This document shows positions 13,620 through 24,900 of a stretch of DNA of 64,000 nucleotides, in pieces. Each line of letters starts with the position of its first letter. The stretch's first letter is position 1. The stretch covers positions 62,620,001-62,684,000 of the forward strand of contig NC_043007.1 in assembly GCF_006345805.1 (NCBI RefSeq). Reading direction: 5' to 3'. The notes beneath the pieces are model-generated. The model was given only the letters and a program-made list of their open reading frames with translations, did no database searches and was not told where the DNA came from. The position numbers and the translations under genes were made by a program. Origin of the DNA: Octopus sinensis. Taxonomy: Eukaryota.

Positions 13620-15230
13620 TTCACTAGTCTGAACATGGTATGGCTTGACCTACCTAATGCATATGCCTCAGTACCATACGAATTACTGATGAGAGCCATG
13701 GAATACTTCCACGTTCAAGACAAAGTAAAAAAATTAATGAGGATATATTATAACAGTTTTGAGATGAAGTTTATAGCTGGAGATTTTACAACAGATTGAC
13801 ACCGATTGGAGATTGGCATTGCTGCTGGCTGCACAATATCTGTCACGTGGTTTATCTTAATCATGGAGATGATTTTGAAAGCAGTGGACTTTTTGGAACA
13901 AATCGCCCATGTACAATCACCTAAGAAGGCCTTCATGGATGACGTGACACTTCTATCAACAGACAAGCAAATCATGCAGAGTGCCCTCTTGAGGCTAGAC
14001 GAGCTTGTGAAGTGGTCAAGGATGCGATTCAGAACAAAGTCGCATAGTCTGATATTTAATAAGGAAGTGCAAAGAGAAGTAAAGTTTCAAATAGCCAAAA
14101 AAAAGCATTCCAACAGTCAAGGAAGAACCTGTCAAGAGCTTGGGGTGAGTATATGCTGGAACATTGTCATGTAGGAGTCGTGGGATGCAAATTATGAAAC
14201 AAGCCAAGGTTGGATTAACAGTAACTGACAACTCAAAGCTACCAGGTAGACATAAAATTTGGTGCTTACAGTTTGGCTTGTGTCTGCAACTTTTGTGGCT
14301 ACTTTTAATATATGAGGTAGCACTGTCATGAGTTCAAATTATTGAACAAAAATGTAATGTGTTCACTAGAAAGTAACTAGGCCTACCTTGGATGTTGAAC
14401 AGTTCAGCTCTTTATTGTAAAAGGCTAATTGCAGTTACCGCTAGCATCAATAGTTGAAATTTATAAACTAGGGAAGGTAAATGGTGATGATGCTGAGAAA
14501 GTTAAAGGACATAGAAATCAGGTGTAATCCACCAAATGTAAAAACGACCAGGAAGTGGAAAGCAGAAGCAGAAACTGATGATACTCTGTCTTACCGAGAT
14601 ATGGTTGGTGCAACACAAATTCATTGGAAGGGACTTGGTTTTGGCGCAGATTGGTTCAGACCATTTGCAAGTATGATGCAGAGCGAACGTAGATCTGTTG
14701 TTAGCAACAGTGTCAAAACAAGGGAAACAAAGAGAAGAGAGCTTCATTTAATCCAATGCACTCAACAAGAGCAGTTGATGAGATGGGAGGAACATGTTGA
14801 GAGAAAAATAAATCAGAATGAGATATGGAGATGGACTACATCTTGGCTAAGTTTTCTGATTCATTCATCCTATGATGTCTTGCCATCGCCTACAAATCTA
14901 GTAAGATGGAGTGTCTCAGAGAATAATATATGCAAACATGGAAAGGTCGGAACACTGAAACATATTCTTTCCAATTGTTTACTAGCATTGAATAGATATA
15001 TATTGAGACACAACCTGGTCCTTAAGCCTATAAAGAACGAAATTGCTCTCATCAACAGTGGAAAAAAAAATCATTGAAAGAACCAACCAGAGATTTCATT
15101 ACCTTCATGCGCTCAGGACAGCAGATCTGTGTCCAGAGGAAGGAACTTTCTGTGAGCAATGAAAAGTGGAACGGCTATTGGGTGGTGACTGCAGATTTAC
15201 CAGGCTGCCAAAGATTCTCTCCCATTCCAT
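13620..15230 (+). mobile_element. Degenerate HERO-like (R2-group) non-LTR retrotransposon fragment
   Basis: WLDLPNAYASVP, GIAAGCTISVTWFILIMEMI, KAFMDDVTLL, YDVLPSPTNLVRW, C..GTLKHILSNC, RHNLVL. The fragment appears to end before the restriction-like endonuclease core. Confidence 0.75.
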
Positions 15231-15458
15231 AAAATAGATTTTATGATTTAGCAGTCCTTGCATGGAATTTTTGTCTATTTTTTAGACATATTTATCATAA
15301 GAAATTTTATAAATTCACTAGTGAATATGAGATGAAACAAATTGTAGGATATATATTTGTTTTAATTATTTATTATATCATATTATATCTTTTTTATAGT
15401 ATAATTGTATTATAATGTTAATAGATTTTTAATATGTCAATTGTATTTCTCTATTTCC

Positions 15459-15495
<37 letters not shown>

Positions 15496-16029
15496 GTGAT
15501 GTGTGTGTATACAACACTATTGGGTATCTGAGTAAATTCATTTTATATAAGGGAATATTTCTAGCTTTGCTCTGAAACAATTTAAACATTCTAAATCCTG
15601 ATGAGAACTGTATCAAAGCTGAACAGAACTCACCTAAGTTGTAGCTGTGAGCAGTCTAGTTAGATTTTCATATTTCTCAGAAGTAAGTTTTGAAATATTT
15701 CCTTAAATAGACAGATTCATGTACTCCATAATATGATTTGTAATATTTCTCATACTGTAATTCTTAAACCCATACTAACGTCATCTTATTCTGGATGTTG
15801 ACTGATATATAAACTGTCTGTCAGAGAGGAAATGCAGGGCTCTAACTAGACTGAAACCAATGGAGAACCATCTATGTAATTGCACTCAATACATCAGTAG
15901 ATCTGTAGGTTTCCCTTAGGGGTGTTAACTCTGAAATATTTGTATTTGCAACAATATTTTGTTCTCATATAGTGTAACTAATCTCTTAGTTTAGAAATGT
16001 GATTTTATAACGAGCAAAATTATTATTCT

Positions 16030-16074
16030 GTTCCGGTGGTATTGTATAAACATTAAGAGACGCGTTATTGATCC
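16030..16074 (+). promoter_or_regulatory. Putative YIF1B promoter / 5' UTR
   Basis: Local CpG enrichment (16030-16430) in an otherwise CpG-poor window, with a TTCCGG (ETS-type) motif at 16031 just upstream of the candidate ATG. Confidence 0.35.
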
Positions 16075-16104
16075 ATGACATCACTCTTGTCAGGTTACAA
16101 GATC
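16075..16104 (+). CDS. YIF1B: YIF1B candidate exon 1 ([10 protein letters not shown])
   Basis: ATG at 16075 and a consensus GTAAGT donor at 16105. There is no in-frame ATG upstream of exon 2 (TAA at 16329). The phase conflicts with the best acceptor; see findings. Confidence 0.5.
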
Positions 16105-18905
16105 GTAAGTAGCCAAATTATTAATCATTTTTATATAGAGTATAGTTATCAGATTTCTTTCCAAGAAGATAAAATTTGGTAGAACATTGTATTTTTTTTT
16201 ACCCATATTTGATTCATATATTTTGTGCTTTGTGTGCGCGTGCGTTTTATACGCTACTACAATGGTAGAGGTTTTGTTATGCTAATACAGTTATAAATAA
16301 GCATGAATAACGGCCATTTTAAGTATTATAAGGAATAGTCACTGGAGTTATTTCCCTTGCAGCTGCAACGCAGAAGAAACGAAACAACCGGAATGCCCCG
16401 TCCAGACCTCCGCTGTTCGAAGACACAAGTAACCAACAACCTCCTTATGGCTACCCAAATGAAGGTAACAAAAATAAAAGATAATAATACAGACAATGAT
16501 AATTACAATAAAAAATATATAAGTATCATAAATGTTAACGTTATAAAATTAAGTAGCATGCCTGTCTCTCCTATGTAAGTCTGTTTCTTCATGAATTTTC
16601 TTTTAGAATTGTTTAATCTGTTGTGTTTTCCCCATCACTGTAGGGAAAATGTTGAGGAAAGAAAAGATTCATTATCATAATTTTCATTGTAGATGTTTAT
16701 TTTAAGTTTTAATTCTTTTTTCAAAAAGAGAAAAAAGATAATCTTTGTTAAAATGCCAAGAATTATCTCCCTTATATTTGTTTACATCGCTCGTTTCTGC
16801 AAAGCAGAAATATTTCAACTTAGATAAAGAGCCTTAAATTAACAGAATCGTCAGAACATCAGGCTAAATACCTTGTGGTATTTCTTACGGCTCTTCACGC
16901 TCCGAGTTCAAATACTACTGAGGCCAACTTTGACTATTTATCCCTCCTGTTGAGATAAAAGTACCAGTCTAGTACTGGTGTCGAAGGTATCAACTAACCC
17001 CACCCCTCAAACATTGCTGGTCTTTCGCCTAAATCAAAAACCTTCATTTCAACTTGGATAAACTATTAGCTCTACAGACTGTGGCCATGCTGAGGCACCA
17101 CCTTGAATGGTTTTTGTTGAACAAATAAATCCCATTACTTATTTTGTTGGTTTCATTTGTCGAACTGCTAAGTTAAAGAGACGTAAACAAACCAGCACCG
17201 GTTATCAAGCGGTGTTGGAAGACATACACAGATACATACAACTTACATATATCCTTTCAAAGTACTGCTTTTATGCAAGTGATGTCACACTTCCTATGAT
17301 TCAACAAGAGCTTTAAAACCTTCCATACTTTAAAGTTCTCAGTTCTTTAACCATTATTTGGAGGTCCTTTTCTGTGATTATACGAGGGGCGTTCAATAAG
17401 TAATGCCCCTGACCCACTTCCCATAGCAGTAGAGCAACGAAACTTGGCACAGTTATTAGTCTTTTTCTACATAGGAACCACCCAGAGTTACGCATTTCTC
17501 CCATTGCTTGATGCAGCTCTGGAGACCTTTTTTGTAGAAGACCCCAGCTTGGTCCTCCAACCTGAACGTGACTTCAGAAATCAAGGCTGCATCATCTGGG
17601 AAACGCTTTCCTTTCAAAAACAACTTCATGAGTGGGAAGAGGTGAAAATCAGAGGGTGCAAGGTCAGGAAAGTAGGGGGATGGGGGAGGAGTTCATAGCC
17701 ATACGCCTGTGCTTCTGATCTGGCGACATGCGAGTTGTGGACCGGAGCGTTGTCCTGCAGGAGGAGGATGCCTTTGCTGATCTTGCCCCGCCTCTTGATT
17801 TTGATAACTTCTCTTAATTTCCTCAAAAGTGAAGCATAATAGGCTCCTGCAATTGTGGTACCCTTTGCCAGGAAATCTATCATCACTACTCCGTCCTGGT
17901 CCCAGAAGACTGTGAGCATGACCTTGCCAGTGGAGGGCTGCACCCTTGCCTTCTTTGGAGGGGTGAGTCACGGTGCTTCCACTGCATTGACTGGGCTTTG
18001 GTCTCTGGATCATCGTGATGGACCCACGTTTCATCCTGTGTAATCAGTCTTTTGAAAAATTTTGACTCATCTTCTTGGCACATCTCCAAATTCACCCTCG
18101 AGCACTCAACGCGTTCTTGCTTCTGGAAAGGCGTGAGCAACCTGGGAATCCATCTGGCAGACACCTTTTGCATATGCAAATGGTCATGAATGATAGTTTC
18201 CACAGACCTGGTACTAATCTTGACCTCATAGGCTATTTGGCGAATAATTATGCGTTGATCTTCCAAAATGGCAGCCTCAACTTGACGGACAGATGCCTCA
18301 TCAATGGCAGAAGGGGCAACCAGATCTGGGAGCTGTTTCCACAGAGTTCCGACCGTGTTTGAATTCACGATGCCAGCGTTTTACAAGGTCATATGATGGG
18401 GCATCATCACCATAAGTTACTTTCATTTCATCAAAAGTCTCCCGTGGTGTGCGTCCTTTCAAATACAAAAACCGGATCACTGCTTGACACTCAACAGGCT
18501 CCATTTCACACTTGACTCGGTTCAAACACCTGTAAATCAGAAACCACAATTAATTCATCATCATCGTTTAACGTCCGCTTCAGAGCTGTAATTTGCCACT
18601 TACTCTATAGAGATATAAATGATTGCACATGCAAAATTTCAGCTAGATCAAACAACTGCAAGTGGGTCAGAGGCATTACTTATTGAACGTCCCTCGTATT
18701 TAACTCAGTTCCTCTGGACTTAGTTTCCACTGCACTTCACTCAATCTTAACCATCACACCTGTTTTTCTGCTTCTCTCAGCTTGTTTCAAATTTATATAT
18801 AATCCTCAGTCTCACTACATGGCAGCTTGGGCGTTTTCTACTTGGGCCACAGGCCAGTCAAAGCCTTGGGAGTGGATTTGGTAGACAGAAACTTAAGGAA
18901 GCATG

Positions 18906-18938
<33 letters not shown>

Positions 18939-21900
18939 CACACACACACACATTTATGTTATATGCATCTGTGTGTGTATCTGTATTTGTTCCCCATCAT
19001 CACTTGATAACCAGTGTTGGTTTGTTTACATCTCTAATGTAAACAAATCAATATTCTATTGGTCTCTTTGGCAAAAGAGACCAATAGAGTAAGTACTGGA
19101 GTCAATTCATTCAACTAAAACCATTCATGGTGGTGCCCCAGCATGGCCTTAGTCTAATGTCTGAAACAAGTAAAAACATAGAAAGCTCCACTGACTTTTT
19201 TCCTTATATTGTATTTATTAACTTTCTCTTTTTCTTGTTATTAGGTTACCCACCCAGCTCTGGGCCAAACCCCTATGGACAGCAGCCCCCCCATATCAAT
19301 TTCCCTGGAGGCCAACTACTCAATGACCCAATGGCCTCTATGGCAATGCAATATGGGTCTTCACTTGCCGATCAAGGAAAAGAATACATGCATAAAAATG
19401 TATGGAATATCTTTATTATGTCGCCATTGCTATCATTACTATTGTTGTCACCATCACCACTACCAGCATTATTATTCATTAACGTTACTGTAACCACTAC
19501 TCAGTCAATAACAATGCTATCATTACCACTGTCATCATGATGAATCGATAATAATGCTGTCATTTCCATCATCATTAGTCATTAACATTACTGTCATTAC
19601 TTTCACTATCATCAGTCAGTGACTGTGCTGTCATTACCACCACTATCGTCAATCATTAACATTACTGTCATTACCATCTTCATTAATCATTAACACTACT
19701 GTTATCATCATCAACATTACTGTCACAACTATCTTCGTCATAAGTCATTAACATAACTGATACTTTGACCACCAGCATCATGAGTCATCATCAGTCACTA
19801 ACATGACTCTGACTACCACTTCTTATATTTTGAAGCAATGAGATAGCCTCTATGTGGCTACTCGGCCTGTTAGAAATAGCAACTCAGATCTTGCCATTAC
19901 AGGAAAGGTCACAACAGATAATATGGTCCTGGGTTCCCTGCAGGTAGAGGGAAAAAAACGAATGATCACAGCTTGATGCTTTGGTCATGGATTTGTTAGA
20001 TTAGGGTGGACCTAGTGTTAAACAACAACAATTTTTTACTGAAAAACTATCTATCTCTGTTGCTAAATCTGTTGGGGAAGTCAGGAAACAAATTTCTGAT
20101 CCATTATTTAAAAGAATTTTAAAACTTTATGCAAGTAGTTGTAGTAGCAGTAGTAGTAGTAGTCAGTTTAATGGACTGTTGACCCAACACCACCACATCC
20201 CCTTCATTTCTGATCTTAGGCCAATATTAGAAATCTTTGATTTAGTTTTCTTCTGTCTCAGGTCGTGGAGATAGTGAAGACAGTATAACACCCAACATAA
20301 AGATTTATAGCATTTATAGATTATTTTTATTTATGCTCAATGTTATGTTTGGTAATATTATCTGTTGTATTTGTATTTTATTATCTGTTATATATACATA
20401 TCTTCATCATCATCATCATCATTTAACATGTTTTTCATGCTGGTATGGGTTGGATGGTTTAACAGGAGCTAGCCAGCCAAAGGGCTGCACCTAGCTCTAG
20501 TTGTCTTTTGGCATGGTTTTGTACAGCTGGATGCCCTTCCTAATGCCAACTACTTTACAGAGTGTACTAGGTGTTTTTTATATGGCACAAGCACTGGTGC
20601 TTTTTTATGTGGCACCATTACCAACAGGATCACCAAGTACTTTGAAAAGCAAAAACTCCTAAACTGGAAGGGAGGACAAGGATTGAGGGGTGGTGACTTT
20701 ATGCCAGTTGAGAGATTAAAGGTATAGAGAGAGGGACAGAGTTAGGTATCATGCTATAGAGTAGCTACATAATTATCCTAGTTTGAAAAGAAAGAGTGAG
20801 TTACAGAGTAAAATAAAGAGAGCAATGGTGAGAAAGATGTTGGAAAAGATGTGTTGGGACCTGTCCTTGAGGGACATTGGGAGTGGTGAGAATAGATGTG
20901 GGAATACTGAGGTTTGGACTGGGTAGGATAGAGGGAACTAGCAAATGGTGGAGAGAATTATAAGAGAGGCTTGGGGACTGGGTTTGTGGTATATATGTGA
21001 AGTTATATTAACTGAGTGTTTAATACCTATAGTTATTAACATATTTATGAAGGAAATGTGTTCTGATATCTAATACATGATATTAAATATCTCTGTAGGT
21101 CAGATGAAAATAGACATGGCTATGAATTCTAAGCTAAAGGCCACATATTTCTGCTTAATAGATTCTTTGTTTTATCTTAAGTAAAAGACATGATCATGCA
21201 GATTTAAATTTTATTGTTTAATGTTAAAATAACTTCTCTTTTACAGCTAGAAAAGTATGTCTCCACGTCCAAACTGAAATACTATTTTGCTGTGGACACC
21301 AGTTATGTTGGCAAGAAACTCACTCTTCTCCTATTCCCCTACTCACATACAGTAAGTTGCTAATAACAGAAAGAATATTTTTCAATATATTAACATTAGA
21401 TATGTAGATAGTAATGGCCTATCACCATGTAGCTTATTGAGTCACAAATTTATATCTTAATGCAAGTTTATCATTGTTTTCTAGAGGCTTTCCTTTGCAA
21501 ACATCTTATACTTAATTACTCCTATTTAAAAATTTTAATTTTATTTCTTTACTGTTGTAGAGCAATAGAGTTACTACAGGGTGTAGAAACTGACTAAGTT
21601 TTTAAAGCTACTTAACATACTTCTAAGGTTAATTGTGATGTACCTTTTTGTTTCTGAACCTGCTATTATTTGTAATTTTTCTCTATTCCCAATAATTGGA
21701 AGTAAAATTTATATTGTTATCCAGATTATTTGAAAAATAAAATAGAACTTACTATTAGCAATGATATCTCCTTTTTAACCATAAGTTAAATGTAATTAAA
21801 TGTAGTGCTAAAATTGTTTCCTTCTTAATAATTGTTTCAGTAAAAGTTTCAGAAATTGTACATCTTAGTTTTAAAATGTCTGATCTATTGGCAAGATAAC

Positions 21901-24900
21901 TACCAAATTTTTTAGTGAAGGATACTATATGGCTGTGGTTCTCTATCTTCTGTAGCTTAGTGTCCTTTTCATGAAATACCATGAGAAAAGCCATTTTATT
22001 TTATTTTAATGGCTAATTTTGTATAGCAGTATATTATCCCACCTAGTATGTATTTCATTTTGAGATGATTGCATGGGTTATTTGAAACTTTTATGAAAAT
22101 TACAAAAGAAGATGGTGACTTTTAGAATGAAATTATATTGGACTTTGTTACTTCGTCAGTCAGATTTCTGCATACAACACAATATCCTACTCCTATTATA
22201 ATCCAGAGATTTTTTTTTAATGTGTTTAAAATAAGTAGTATTCCTGATTTAAATATTTTATTTCTAAGAAAACTTCTAACAACTCTAAACACCCTGTTCG
22301 TCTTTGTGAGTTCACACTGCCCGAAGGGTGTGTTATTGCTCAGGTTTAACCACTGCTCTCAGTCTGAAAATATTTACTCTCAAAGCTACATGAACCAAAA
22401 CACAGTCCTCTGATTTTCCAAGAAAATTAAACATCTGTAAGAAATTTGAATTTTTGACTTATGAGTTTGTAGTCCAAAATTAGTTCAACCATTTTGTGTC
22501 TGCCACTGACTGATAGTGATATGCAATTTTTTGCAAAACATCAAAGGACTGGAAGAGCCATTGAATGGAACTTTGATGATATATATTTTGAGTTATATAT
22601 GATTAATAATCAAGGTTAGTTGAATCTGTTGGCTTCATATATTACATTATGATCTGATCATGTCTTTAGAAGTAGGCAATCTTTGAGTGGAAAGTCTGTA
22701 ATGGACCAATTCCTTTAGCTTTGTATGGTTGCATTATCTGAAATAAATTTATAGAAAAATTTTTTAAACATTTGTACATTTTTTTCATATTTTTTCTACC
22801 TCATCTGAAATCTCTATTTAACTTTGCTATCTTTAATTACCAGGATTGGTCAATTCATTTTAGTCCAGGGGAACTTGTGGCACCAAAAGATGAGCTTAAT
22901 GCTCCAGATCTTTACATACCTGGTAAGTAATCTTACTTTCAGATTTGGTTTATAGAACAGTATCATGAAACATTTTCTTGCAGTTGTGGATAAGATGAGC
23001 TCTAACACTGTACAAAGGAATACTGATATCTGTTGAGATTTATGATAATCAAATATTTATTCATTTTGTAAACAAAGAAAAATGTTGTCATTACTTCAAT
23101 CTACAAAACATCAAAAGAGTTTGAATGTTATTGTTCTTGTACTTGTAGCAGCGGTCAAAGTGTAGTCAGTTGGTGCTGGTGTTGCTGTAATCATATGTCA
23201 TTGTTTATTTGCTGTCAGTTTGGGTCAGCTGCTGTCCGCATCTTTACCGTTTTCTGCCTGCTGTCTTATCTCTCCTCTCTCTCAATGCTCTCTATCAAGC
23301 AGGTAAGGTGTGCTGAATTTATAGTGCTGGATAGGCTCAGAGAGAAAGGCTTGAAAAGATGGAATTGTTTTTGGAGCCAGTTCTAGGCATAGTTGTGATT
23401 GGTTAGATTTTTTATCACATGGTAACGTTCTAGTGAATCACAACATCAGATATAGTGATCTGATTACTGAATATTCCTGCCACATGACTTCCCTGCCATT
23501 GAAAATTTCCATTCATAGTGAATTGAAGAAAATGAGAATATTGTTGGAATTGCAGGTGTGAAGTGTATAAAAGAAACATGCATAAGAAAAGGGTGAATGC
23601 ATAACTAAGAATGTTGGTTAAATTGCATAGTACTGTCAGAAGATATTTTCATGTACAATACTGTGCTGTCTCGTATATGAAGTGCTGTACAAGCTTATGG
23701 TGCAAAAGTCTGCAAAACCAGGAATGTGAAAAATAAAATTTAAAAGAAAATAGAAGAAACAAACAGTGTGCAGGAAAAATTATAATTGTGGTTAAATGTT
23801 AGGCCACCAGAGTATAACTCTAAAAATACTAGGAAAGATCTAGGACACATGTATGTACGTGAGCCAGATGAGTGCGGCTAAATGTGTAACTGAGTGAATG
23901 AGTGACTTGTACATAGTTATGTGCATGTACACTAATGAGTCAGTGTACTGTTTACCAGTGGGGTGGTAGTTGTGTATTCAGGTGCATTTGTGTTGAATAC
24001 CAGTTTGTCAATATTGTAAACCTATTCAGCTATTCTTGAGCTCAGGAATATAGCTGAAGTGGGGTTCCATCTTCTATCCATAATAATTTTATGTATATAA
24101 TTCTTTACTACCCACAAGGGGCTAAACATAGAGGGGACAAACAAGGACAGACAGACTGATTAAGTCGATTATATCGACCCCAGTGTGTAACTGGTCCTTA
24201 ATTTATCGACCCCAAAAGGATGAAAGGCAAAGTTGACCTCGGCGGAATTTGAACTCAGAACATAGCAGCAGACGAAATACCGCTAAGCATTTCGCCCAGC
24301 ATGCTAACATTTCTGCCAGCTCGCCACCTTTGATAATAATTTTATATATACTGCTAGTAATGCATGTGTTTGCTAGGTGCCTGTGTGCATGTTGTGCAAG
24401 TGCTGGGTGCTTGTGTGCATGTTGAAATATGTTCAGATATATATGTTTATGAGCAGAAAGGAGAAATCAGTAAGAAAAGAGTAATAATCTTGATGATGAA
24501 AACTTTTTTCTTTGTTTTGTACTGCACTGGGGGAAACACAAGTTGACTTATCTCATTCTTGTCACTGGAGCAGATGGAGGCATCAGTGGAAGAATGTGCT
24601 GATGTCAATAATGTTACAGGTAGCATATTGGCATCTCGGCAGTGTTGCTCAAAACATTTGATGTGCTGAGAAGAAGCTTGTTTGGGACACAATCACCTGT
24701 GTGACGTGGCTACAGTGGTAGAGAAAAGTTCCCCATAGGGTGAATTTTCTCAGAGACATATCAGTGTTGTTCATTTGAACTTGCAAGGTGTTGGTAAGCT
24801 GTGTAGTAGTAGTTTTTTTATCAACTTGCGGAGCTGCATAATGTCCTAAGGACAGAATAATCGGCAATTGTTTTCTGGCTATGTCATATTCTTTTGTTGG

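Noticed and set aside
15634-15930. Minus-strand exon of a divergent gene (AG|GTGAGT donor at 15633)
   Set aside because: All three frames contain stops and no partner exons were found. A non-coding exon cannot be excluded.
19127-19540. 137-aa ORF as a standalone gene
   Set aside because: Only 19245-19399 is YIF1B exon 3. The rest is SINE tail and low-complexity intron.
23635-24080. Solo LTR (TG...CA)
   Set aside because: No TSD, no second copy and no internal domains.
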